Source of the DNA: an uncultured Nitrospiraceae bacterium
Lineage (GTDB): Bacteria > Nitrospirota > Thermodesulfovibrionia > Thermodesulfovibrionales > Dissulfurispiraceae
Direction of reading: 5' to 3'
Assembly: GCA_947085205.1 (NCBI GenBank)
Contig: CAMTVO010000022.1
Span: 1 to 25,548, forward strand
Length of the DNA: 25,548 bases
Shown: in pieces, positions 1-7,248 of the stretch
Layout: every line of letters starts with the position of its first letter
Position numbering within the stretch: position 1 is the stretch's first letter
The notes under the pieces: generated by a model
What the model was told of the DNA's origin: nothing
Seen by the model: only the letters and a program-made list of their open reading frames with translations
Database searches by the model: none
Position numbers and translations under genes: made by a program

Positions 1-16
1 CAAAGAAATGATTCAA
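1..16 (-). CDS. 5' end of a gene running off the left edge (TTG-AAT-CAT-TTC-TTT-G, M-N-H-F-F-...); possibly an IS110-family DEDD recombinase
   Basis: SD GGAGGT at 28..23, 6-nt spacer, TTG at 16..14. MNHFF followed by a G-starting codon is compatible with the IS110 N-terminal '..FVGID' pattern. Only 5 codons are visible, so identity rests on the adjacent structured RNA. Confidence 0.35.
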
Positions 17-47
17 AGCAGCACCTCCGTAAAAAGTTATTTGAACA

Positions 48-215
48 AGGCAGGTGAAGCCTCCCGGCCAATCCTCCATGATGACAAGGGTTCAAAGACC
101 CAATCAACCTATTATGGCTATGGGAGGCAGGGAACAGACTCCGTTGAGGGTTCATTGACCCAGGTGATATGGAGTTCTCCTGCCTGTCCACCTTTAACGG
201 GTAAAACCCGTTCAT
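48..215 (-). ncRNA. Putative IS110 bridge/seek RNA (stem-loop plus two internal guide loops)
   Basis: Perfect hairpin AACGGGT-AAA-ACCCGTT (196-212). Loop B: stem 125-135/174-185 capped by GGGTTCATTGACCC (148-161). Loop A: stem 59-70/115-128 capped by GGGTTCAAAGACCC (88-101). Strand inferred from -10 box and gene orientation; a few G-U pairs would fit the + strand slightly better. Confidence 0.55.
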
Positions 216-221
216 ATAAAT

Positions 222-230
222 TTTATAACA
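222..230 (-). promoter_or_regulatory. Extended -10 element (TG-T-TATAAA) pointing into the structured RNA
   Basis: + strand TTTATAACA; would put the start site near 215, just before the 196-212 hairpin. No obvious -35. Confidence 0.4.
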
Positions 231-252
231 CATATTCTTAGTAGGAGGTTTT

Positions 253-414
253 ATGGAAAGGTGGAAATGCAGTGTATGCGGTTATGTATATGACCCGGAG
301 TATGGAGACCCTGATTCAGGCGTTGCACAGGGTACGCCATTTGAAAGTCTTACTGACGACTGGGTATGCCCTGTCTGCGGCGCATCAAAGGATATGTTTG
401 AAAAGGAAGTTTAA
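253..414 (+). CDS. Rubredoxin (53 aa; not in the ORF track)
   Basis: Manual translation [53 protein letters not shown]; two CxxCG knuckles, WxCPxC motif; SD AGGAGG at 243-248. Confidence 0.97.
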   Translation: MERWKCSVCGYVYDPEYGDPDSGVAQGTPFESLTDDWVCPVCGASKDMFEKEV

Positions 415-442
415 CTGAGCAGTAAAATATTCAGGAGGATTT

Positions 443-928
443 ATGAATTCGATTGAGATTGCCATAAAAATGGAGACAGACGCCATAAAGTTTTATAACG
501 AGGCTGCTGAGAAATGCAACCATGTGGTAGGCAAAAAAATGTTTTTGTCCGTCGTTGAGGACGAAAAAAGACATCTTGATATGCTTTCGCAGTTACTTAA
601 AAAACTTGACCTGAAGATACAGGATGTCAGTCCCATGAAGAATGTCAAATCGATTTTTGAAGAAATGAAACATGAGATGATGGATCGGGTTGAGGCTACC
701 AAAGACGAACTTGAGGCATTTAATATTGCAATGGATATGGAAAAAGAGGGTATCGAATTTTACAAAAAAGCCGCCTCGGAAGCAACGACAGACAAAGAAA
801 AAAAACTGTTCGAAAGACTCATACATGAAGAAGAACAGCACTATGCTGTCTTTGCAAATACCTATTTCTTCATGTCCGATACTGGAAGCTGGTTTATGTG
901 GGAAGAGCACACCATTGTAGAAGGCTGA
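443..928 (+). CDS. Ferritin-like/rubrerythrin-family di-iron protein without a rubredoxin domain
   Basis: Duplicated helix pairs AIxME...FY...EDEKRH and AMDME...FY...EEEQH; SD AGGAGG. Confidence 0.9.
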   Translation: MNSIEIAIKMETDAIKFYNEAAEKCNHVVGKKMFLSVVEDEKRHLDMLSQLLKKLDLKIQDVSPMKNVKSIFEEMKHEMMDRVEATKDELEAFNIAMDMEKEGIEFYKKAASEATTDKEKKLFERLIHEEEQHYAVFANTYFFMSDTGSWFMWEEHTIVEG

Positions 929-945
929 ACGCCCTGGGCGTGATT

Positions 946-1012
946 TAGCTTATAGCTGATGGCTCTTGGCTCATGGTTTTGCTATGAACTATCAGCTATG
1001 AGCCATGAACTA
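946..1012. repeat. Inverted pair of 7-bp tandem arrays between convergent genes
   Basis: Left TAGCTTA TAGCTGA TGGCTCT TGGCTCA TGG (946-976); right GCTA TGAACTA TCAGCTA TGAGCCA TGAACTA (981-1012), reverse-complementary units. Confidence 0.9.
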
Positions 1013-1813
1013 TTTTAATCCCAATACATCCTGCATGTCATAAAGACCTGACTTTCTATTTGCAATCCACAAAGCAGCCTTTAACGCCCCTCTTGCAAAG
1101 GTATCCCTGCTTGATGCCTTATGCGTAATCTCTATCCTCTCGCCCAATCCTCCGAATAATACCGTATGCTCACCAACTATGTCTCCTGCCCTCACTGTCT
1201 GGATGCCGATTTCCTTTTTTGTCCTTTCACCGATTAATCCCTTTCTTGCATATACTGCAACATCGTCGAGGTCTCTGCTTACTGCATCTGCAATAACCTG
1301 AGCCATCTTCATTGCAGTACCGCTTGGAGCATCTTTCTTTAGTCTGTGGTGTGCCTCTACTATCTCTATGTCATATTCATTGCCAATAACTCTTGCAATG
1401 TCCTGCAAGACTTTTAAAAGGAGATTAACGCCCACGCTCATATTCGGCGCAAGGACAATCGGAATATACTTTGAAGCCACTTTAATTGGCTCTAATTCTT
1501 CTTTTGAAAATCCAGTAGTGCCAATTACCATTGCCTTTTTTCTTTCATGAGCTAACTTTACATGCTGCTGTGTTGCGCTTATGGATGTAAAGTCGATAAT
1601 GACATCGCAGTTATCAATAATATCTTCGAGCTTGTCTGTGAGTTTTATATTTGTCTCTCCAATCCCGACAATTTGACCAATGTCCTTGCCTATTGCATCA
1701 TGTCCTTTTCTTTCAACAGCGCCTGCAAGATTTAAGTCGTGATAATCCTTTGAAAGGGTGGTAATCCTGCTTCCCATTCTTCCTGTTGCGCCTGTAACAA
1801 TAATCTTTGTCAT
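1010..1813 (-). CDS. dapB: 4-hydroxy-tetrahydrodipicolinate reductase
   Basis: GATGRMG nucleotide-binding motif, VIGTTG, EAHHRLKKDAPSGTA, R-AGDIVGEH. Start set at ATG 1813 (SD GGAGGA 7 nt upstream). Confidence 0.97.
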   Translation of the reverse strand: MTKIIVTGATGRMGSRITTLSKDYHDLNLAGAVERKGHDAIGKDIGQIVGIGETNIKLTDKLEDIIDNCDVIIDFTSISATQQHVKLAHERKKAMVIGTTGFSKEELEPIKVASKYIPIVLAPNMSVGVNLLLKVLQDIARVIGNEYDIEIVEAHHRLKKDAPSGTAMKMAQVIADAVSRDLDDVAVYARKGLIGERTKKEIGIQTVRAGDIVGEHTVLFGGLGERIEITHKASSRDTFARGALKAALWIANRKSGLYDMQDVLGLK

Positions 1814-1833
1814 TTGCAAGTCCTCCTTTTATA

Positions 1834-2016
1834 TCAATTATCAGTTTCTTTTTTCTCTTTCTCTTCCTTTTCCTCTGCTTCTTCTCCCGGAACCTTGTAA
1901 TCTTCCGTTGCCCATTTGCCTAAATCAATCAGCTTGCATCGCTCGGAACAGAACGGCTTCCATGTATTTTCTTCCCATATCGTCTTTTTCTTACAAACAG
2001 GACATGTAATTTGCAT
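1834..2016 (-). CDS. yacG: DNA gyrase inhibitor YacG
   Basis: CPVC...PFCSERCKLIDLGKWA zinc-binding signature and acidic tail. Confidence 0.93.
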   Translation of the reverse strand: MQITCPVCKKKTIWEENTWKPFCSERCKLIDLGKWATEDYKVPGEEAEEKEEKEKKETDN

Positions 2017-2041
2017 TACTCCATCGCTCCATCACTCCATT
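2014..2041. repeat. 8-bp tandem repeat at the apbE/yacG junction
   Basis: CATTACTC CATCGCTC CATCACTC CATT (minus strand AATGGAGTGATGGAGCGATGGAGTAATG). Confidence 0.8.
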
Positions 2042-3068
2042 TTATGTTATCTCTTATCCCTTCTGTGACAAGAATTTTACCATCTTTATCCACAATTACT
2101 CCATCAAATCCAAGTCTCTTTAAAACATTCATGCCCTTTTGAGGACCAAGAATAAATATGCCGGTTGCAAAGGCGTCTGTAAACACAGCGTCTCTTGTTA
2201 TTACGGTTACGCTGCGGCATTTATATACAGGATAGCCTGTCTTAGGGTTGAGGAGGTGATGATACATCTTGCCGTTCTTTATGAAAAACTTCTGATAGTC
2301 GCCTGATGTGGAGACGGCCATGTCCGAAAGGCTTACGACTGCAATAATTTCATCCACCCCCCCATTGTGGATAGGGGGGTTAGGTCCCGGATTTTGTATT
2401 CCGACATTCCACAGATTTCCATCAGGTCTTTTGCCAAACACTTTGATGTCTCCGGCAACAGCCACAATGCCTGATTTTATTCCGTTCTTTTTAAGAACCT
2501 CCGCTGCCCTGTCTGCTGCGTAGCCCTTTATAATTCCCCCCAGGTCTATCTGTATTCCTTTTTTTTTCAAAAAGACCGTGGATTTTTCTTTATCTACAAT
2601 TATATTCTTATATCCCACAAGTTTAAGCCTTTCTGTAATTGTTTTTTTATCCGGTAGCACCTTGTTTCTGAAGTTCCACAGACGCACTACAGGGCCGACT
2701 GTAATATCAAAAGCTCCTTCTGTATTTTCCGATACATGCAGCGCCTTTTCTATGATTTCCAATGTTTCCGGCGATACTTTCGCCGGCATGTCTCCTGCGC
2801 TTCTGTTAATCATTGTTACTTCGCTGTCTTCAGAATAGAAGTTTAACAGACCTGCAAGCCTGTCCAGTTCTTTAAAAGCACTGTCAATGGCCTTCTTTGC
2901 TATTTTTTCAGAGTCTGAAGAGACAGTAATCGAGACAATGGTGTACATCGATGTGCGGGTCTCTTTGTATAGCTTTTCTTTGGGTTTGTTATCGCATGAA
3001 AATAAGACCAACGCGGCAAGACAGCATAATAGTAATTTTTTGCCCCGAAAATGTTTTTGTTTTGTCAT
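2016..3068 (-). CDS. apbE: FAD:protein FMN transferase (ApbE lipoprotein)
   Basis: Lipobox LFSC; GAFDITVGP, DLGGIIKGYAAD, STSGDYQ, HHLLNPKTGYP, DAFAT motifs. Confidence 0.95.
   Translation of the reverse strand: MTKQKHFRGKKLLLCCLAALVLFSCDNKPKEKLYKETRTSMYTIVSITVSSDSEKIAKKAIDSAFKELDRLAGLLNFYSEDSEVTMINRSAGDMPAKVSPETLEIIEKALHVSENTEGAFDITVGPVVRLWNFRNKVLPDKKTITERLKLVGYKNIIVDKEKSTVFLKKKGIQIDLGGIIKGYAADRAAEVLKKNGIKSGIVAVAGDIKVFGKRPDGNLWNVGIQNPGPNPPIHNGGVDEIIAVVSLSDMAVSTSGDYQKFFIKNGKMYHHLLNPKTGYPVYKCRSVTVITRDAVFTDAFATGIFILGPQKGMNVLKRLGFDGVIVDKDGKILVTEGIRDNIKWSDGAME
2356..2384. repeat. GC-rich mini-palindrome inside apbE
   Basis: ACCCCCCC-ATTGTGGATA-GGGGGGT; encodes PNPPIHNGGV after GIQNP. Confidence 0.55.
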
Positions 3069-5620
3069 TTCAGTTTGCCTGCCAAAAACCTTCCAGTGTA
3101 CGATTCCTTATTTTTTGCCACTTCCTCGGGAGCGCCCGCTGCAACGACTCTGCCTCCTTCTTCTCCGCCTTTAGGCCCGAGGTCTATAATATAATCTGCG
3201 GATTTTATTATATCAAGGTCATGTTCGATTACTACAACACTGTTGCCCATATCAACAAGCCTGTTTATCACATTGAGAAGTCTCTGTATATCTACGAAAT
3301 GGAGTCCTGTTGTCGGTTCATCAAGGATATACAGGGTGTTGCCTGTAGCCTTTTTGCCAAGCTCCTTTGAGAGTCTTAGCCTCTGCGCCTCTCCTCCTGA
3401 AAGGGTGGTAGCAGACTGGCCTAATTTCAGGTATCCCATTCCCATGTCTTCGAGAATATCGAGGCGCTGCTTGAGTGGAGGGATGGCTGAAAAGAATTCA
3501 AGCGCCTCTGAGATGGTCATTTCAAGGACATCAGAAATATTCTTCATTTTATAAAAAATATCGAGGGTCTCTTTATTGTATCGTTTGCCCTTACATGCAT
3601 CACAGGTTACATATACAGCCGGCAGAAAATGCATCTCTATTTTTTTCAGACCGTCTCCCTGACATGCCTCGCATCTGCCTCCTGGCACATTGAAACTGAA
3701 TCTCGACGGCTTGTATCCCCTTATCCTTGAATCAAGGAGTTGCGAAAAAAGCTCCCTGATAATTGTGAGTATTCCTGTGTATGTAGCTGGATTTGAGCGC
3801 GGAGTCCGTCCTAATGGCGACTGGTCAATGCATATCACCTTGTCGATTTTTTCCATGCCATCTATTTTTTTGTATTTGCCGGGAATCAAACTACTGTTGT
3901 ATATATGCCTTGAGAGCGCTTTGTATAAAATTTCGAAAATGAGCGTGCTTTTGCCTGAGCCTGAAACCCCTGTCACGCAAACAAACAGTCCGAGAGGAAT
4001 TGAGGCATTAATATTTTTTAAATTGAATTCGGATGCTCCTGCAATCTTCAAAAACTCTTTTGGTTTGCGTCGTTTTTCAGGAACAGGTATTGTGAACCGG
4101 CCGCTGAGGTATTTGCCTGTGATTGATGATTCGTCTTTTATAATGTTTGCCGGTGAGCCTGTTGATATAATCCATCCGCCGTTTTTTCCTGCGCCAGGCC
4201 CCATATCGATAACATGGTCTGCGCTCCTTACGGTTTCTTCGTCGTGCTCAACAATGATTACCGTATTGCCTGCATCCCTGATGGAGAAAAGGCTTTTCAG
4301 GAGTTTTACACAATCCTTTGGATGCAGTCCTATGCTCGGCTCGTCAAGGACATAAATGACGCCTGTAAGTGAAGAGCCTATCTGTGTTGCCAGCCTTATC
4401 CTCTGTGCTTCTCCGCCTGAAAGGGTCAGGGAAGGCCTGTTTAGGGTTAGATAGCCGAGACCGACCCTGTCGAGGAATGAGAGCCTGTCTTTTACTTCTT
4501 TAAGAACCCGCTTTGAGATTGCCGTTTCCCTCTCGGAAAGCTTCAATTCATTAACAAAGACCTCCGAACCCTTAACAGACATTGCAGCGAACTCTCCGAT
4601 GCTCACATTATGCAGCTTTATGCTCAATGCCTCTTTTCTCAGTCTCATGCCGCTGCAGTCTTTGCACGGCACAATATGTGTCAATTCCTCTTCGTCAATA
4701 ACTCCGAACCCCGAACGGCTCGACTGAGCTCGCCGAAGTCTCCGAATTCCGAACTCGTCACCTATTCCCTCAAATCCGATTCCATTGCACCTCGGACATG
4801 CGCCGTACTTGCTGTTGAATGAAAAAAGCATCGGCTCGATTTCCGGATAGCTGATTCCGCACTTGGGACATGCGAGCGTTCTGCTGAAAGGGATGTCTCT
4901 GTCTTCATCTATGAGATTGATTATGACCGTATCTGCATATCGAAGGGATGTATCTATCGCCTGTCTTATATGCCTTTCTGTGGAATGCTTTATGATAAAT
5001 CGGTCTATTACTATTTCGATGGTGTGTCTCTGCTGTTTTTTTAACGAAATATCTTGCGTTAAGTCGACCATCTTTCCATCAATCCTCGCCCTGACAAACC
5101 CATCCATCCTCATTTGCTGTAGTTCTTTCTTATACTCGCCTTTTCTCTCGCGGACAATCGGGGCAAGCGCCTGAATTCTTGTTCCAGACGGCAATGAGAG
5201 AATAGACCTTATGATGTTATGCAAGTCCTGTGTTGTAATAACAGAGCCGCACTGATAACAATATGGGATACCGATTCTCGTATAAATTACTCTCATGTAG
5301 TTGTAAATTTCCGTAATTGTTCCCACAGTGGAGCGCGGGCTTCTGGTGACTGTCTTCTGGTCAATGGCTATTGCAGGTGAAAGTCCTTCGATATAATCAA
5401 TCTCAGGCTTCTGCATTTGCTCGAGAAACTGCCTTGCATATGCAGAAAGGCTTTCGACATACCTCCTCTGGCCTTCCGCATAGATGGTATCCATTGCGAG
5501 GGATGACTTGCCTGAGCCTGAAGGGCCTGTGATGACGGTTATTTTATCTCTCGGGATTGTTACGTCTATATTTTTGAGATTATGCTCCCGCGCGCCTTTT
5601 ATGACAATGTATTCCTGCAT
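3065..5620 (-). CDS. uvrA: Excinuclease ABC subunit A (short form, 851 aa)
   Basis: [31 protein letters not shown], two LSGGEAQR signatures, zinc-finger CxxC pairs. Confidence 0.97.
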   Translation of the reverse strand: MQEYIVIKGAREHNLKNIDVTIPRDKITVITGPSGSGKSSLAMDTIYAEGQRRYVESLSAYARQFLEQMQKPEIDYIEGLSPAIAIDQKTVTRSPRSTVGTITEIYNYMRVIYTRIGIPYCYQCGSVITTQDLHNIIRSILSLPSGTRIQALAPIVRERKGEYKKELQQMRMDGFVRARIDGKMVDLTQDISLKKQQRHTIEIVIDRFIIKHSTERHIRQAIDTSLRYADTVIINLIDEDRDIPFSRTLACPKCGISYPEIEPMLFSFNSKYGACPRCNGIGFEGIGDEFGIRRLRRAQSSRSGFGVIDEEELTHIVPCKDCSGMRLRKEALSIKLHNVSIGEFAAMSVKGSEVFVNELKLSERETAISKRVLKEVKDRLSFLDRVGLGYLTLNRPSLTLSGGEAQRIRLATQIGSSLTGVIYVLDEPSIGLHPKDCVKLLKSLFSIRDAGNTVIIVEHDEETVRSADHVIDMGPGAGKNGGWIISTGSPANIIKDESSITGKYLSGRFTIPVPEKRRKPKEFLKIAGASEFNLKNINASIPLGLFVCVTGVSGSGKSTLIFEILYKALSRHIYNSSLIPGKYKKIDGMEKIDKVICIDQSPLGRTPRSNPATYTGILTIIRELFSQLLDSRIRGYKPSRFSFNVPGGRCEACQGDGLKKIEMHFLPAVYVTCDACKGKRYNKETLDIFYKMKNISDVLEMTISEALEFFSAIPPLKQRLDILEDMGMGYLKLGQSATTLSGGEAQRLRLSKELGKKATGNTLYILDEPTTGLHFVDIQRLLNVINRLVDMGNSVVVIEHDLDIIKSADYIIDLGPKGGEEGGRVVAAGAPEEVAKNKESYTGRFLAGKLK
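4700..4756. repeat. 7-bp tandem array (AACTCCG) interrupted by a 24-bp palindromic insert, inside uvrA
   Basis: AACTCCG AACCCCG AA[CGGCTCGACTGAGCTCGCCGAAGT]CTCCG AATTCCG AACTC; insert at 4716-4739. Confidence 0.85.
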
Positions 5621-5719
5621 ATAAGCATGGTTCCCTGAATTGGTTTAATTTTTAATATAACTGAAATGAAGCAATTCTTTCATCTTCCATTATGTCCTAA
5701 GTGGAAAGCATGTCTATAC

Positions 5720-5911
5720 CTATCCGGTTTTTAAGCAAAGAATGAGGTTGCAAAAATCCTCAATTCAGTGGATAATCTAAAGCATAAGGCAATTCTAATG
5801 TTGGTATACTCGGCAGGCTTACGAGTCGGTGAAGTGGTAAAATTGAAACCAGAAGACATTGACAGCAAGCGGATGCTGATACATATCAAAGAGGCAAAGG
5901 GAAGGAAAGAC
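5720..5911 (+). pseudogene. Tyrosine recombinase/integrase internal fragment
   Basis: 5744-5911 reads EVAKILNSVDNLKHKAILMLVYSAGLRVGEVVKLKPEDIDSKRMLIHIKEAKGRKD (box I GLRxxE and catalytic Lys region). Upstream LSKE is in another frame; no start codon and no box II. Confidence 0.9.
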
Positions 5912-5914
5912 CCC

Positions 5915-6103
5915 TGTAGATCGTAAAATACAATTGACCCCCTAAAAACCTATAATCTCCTTCCAAAAACATGAAGGAGGAATAAGAAGGGGTGATAAGT
6001 AGGTACAAGGATATACAATGAACTCAAAGAGATAGGCTACACAGGCTCTTTGTCATCGGTGTATAGGTATATAGCCGATGCAAAAGATATGGAAGAAATC
6101 AGG
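5915..6103 (+). mobile_element. IS21-family remnant (left end plus internally deleted istA)
   Basis: Begins TGTAGATCGTAAAATACAATTGACCCCC (IS21-like TGT end); GTG at 5992; from 6002 another frame reads GTRIYNELKEIGYTGSLSSVYRYI, an IstA-type HTH motif. Right boundary approximate. Confidence 0.75.
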
Positions 6104-6120
6104 CACGTTATACGCTCCTG

Positions 6121-7173
6121 TTATTTCTCTTTTTCTGTCTCCATTGTCTTCAATTCAGCAACAACCCTTCCGATAGATACTTCTGTCTCAAGCCGGAGAG
6201 GAACTCTCATGTCATCATCGGAAAGCCAGACAGTTATATTGCCTTTGTTTTCGAAGAGGCCTTCTGATTTGAGTACGGGTTTTACAACCACTGCATCAAC
6301 TTCTTTCTCATCTGTCAGTTTTATTTTATCTTTTCTCAAAATCTGCACTTCAGCTTTATAGAATTTGTTGCTGTCGAAGATATTGATATAAACAGTTTCT
6401 CCGACATTGAGTTCCTGTGTCCTCAAGTAATAAAAGCCTGACATCACATCCCATAAATTCTCTGCATTAATAACATGCTCGTCTTTTGTCCCTTTGATGT
6501 GATTTATATGCGTAACCTTTTTATTGTTAATGTCGAAGAACGTCTCTTTGTCGCTTCTCTTTCGTCCCGCGCGCTGTTTTATTTTAAAGAGAGCAGGCAT
6601 GCCGTTTGTCACACGGCTTTCAGCATAGTCTTCCACCTTATAAAATGCAGAGATTACCGGCGCGGAATGAACCTGTGAAGTAATCTTCACATTGCCGTTG
6701 TCATTGACTGCTTCGAGGACTGCTTTTCCTACATAGACGCCGAGCCAGTAAATATCGAAGTGGAGCTTTTCCTTAGCTGATTTTAATATCTGAAAAGTAT
6801 TCTGAGAGTGTACAATTTCTATTTGTTCTTCTTTCTCTATCAGTTTGGATGTCTGCTGCTCTGTGATGGTATCTGTTTGTTCCTGTTTATGACTGACAAG
6901 AGGTTTTTCTGAAGACATCTCGGATTTCTCTCCAAGAGGTATTTTTTCTTTATGCGGTAAATCAGAGGGAGAAGTTTTTTGAGGCGGTTTGTTTAATTTA
7001 GACTTATGCAACGTCTCGGAGACTATCTTTGCATGAAATGGCTTTGTCGAAAAAAGCTCTTTAAGATTAAAAAAATCCATACCAGCGATGCCTGCGATGA
7101 CAATAATATGCAGTATCACGGACAGAATAACGGCGATTATTATTGAGAGCGATTTTTTATTGATGACCCCCAT
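6121..7173 (-). CDS. Membrane-anchored DUF3108-like protein
   Basis: N-terminal TM (SVILHIIVI), K/S/E/P-rich linker, C-terminal EKLHFDIYWLGVYVG...VWLSDDDMRVPLRLE. Start moved to ATG 7173 because the longer ORF crosses the fhs terminator. Confidence 0.8.
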   Translation of the reverse strand: MGVINKKSLSIIIAVILSVILHIIVIAGIAGMDFFNLKELFSTKPFHAKIVSETLHKSKLNKPPQKTSPSDLPHKEKIPLGEKSEMSSEKPLVSHKQEQTDTITEQQTSKLIEKEEQIEIVHSQNTFQILKSAKEKLHFDIYWLGVYVGKAVLEAVNDNGNVKITSQVHSAPVISAFYKVEDYAESRVTNGMPALFKIKQRAGRKRSDKETFFDINNKKVTHINHIKGTKDEHVINAENLWDVMSGFYYLRTQELNVGETVYINIFDSNKFYKAEVQILRKDKIKLTDEKEVDAVVVKPVLKSEGLFENKGNITVWLSDDDMRVPLRLETEVSIGRVVAELKTMETEKEK

Positions 7174-7179
7174 AGATCT

Positions 7180-7185
7180 ATTATA
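7180..7185 (-). promoter_or_regulatory. -10 box TATAAT 6 nt before the ATG (leaderless candidate)
   Basis: Minus strand GG-TATAAT-AGATCT-ATG with no SD. Confidence 0.5.
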
Positions 7186-7193
7186 CCCGAAAA

Positions 7194-7230
7194 CAAAAAG
7201 GCCTCCAGAATTTCTCCGGAGGCCTTTTTG
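7194..7230 (-). terminator. Intrinsic terminator after fhs (bidirectional shape)
   Basis: CAAAAAGGCCTCC-N11-GGAGGCCTTTTTG, 13-bp inverted repeat with T tracts on both strands. Confidence 0.88.
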
Positions 7231-7248
7231 CATTTCTATGGTTGTTTT

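Larger units (their letters stand above)
1..247 (-). mobile_element. Putative IS110-family element: left non-coding end plus start of recombinase (rest outside window)
   Basis: Bridge-RNA-like fold, -10 box near the presumed end, gene start downstream, and a loop strand matching the flanking DNA at 246..257. Inferred junction core CT at 247..246 (minus strand). Confidence 0.5.

Noticed and set aside
88..161. CRISPR-like repeat pair
   Set aside because: Only two 14-bp copies and no cas genes in the window.
45..187. 6S RNA reading (48-64 can pair with 171-185 to close a long rod)
   Set aside because: The interior folds better as two separate loop modules with duplicated hairpins than as one rod with a central bubble. 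The alternative pairing is real and is not fully excluded.
8..241. 77-aa + strand ORF
   Set aside because: No SD or recognisable motif; it overlies the structured RNA and the opposite-strand gene start.
5621..5700. LexA/SOS box upstream of uvrA
   Set aside because: No convincing CTGT-N8-ACAG or GAAC-N4-GTTC site seen.
6050..6361. 103-aa + strand ORF
   Set aside because: The first residues are the istA remnant; the rest is antisense to the DUF3108-like gene.
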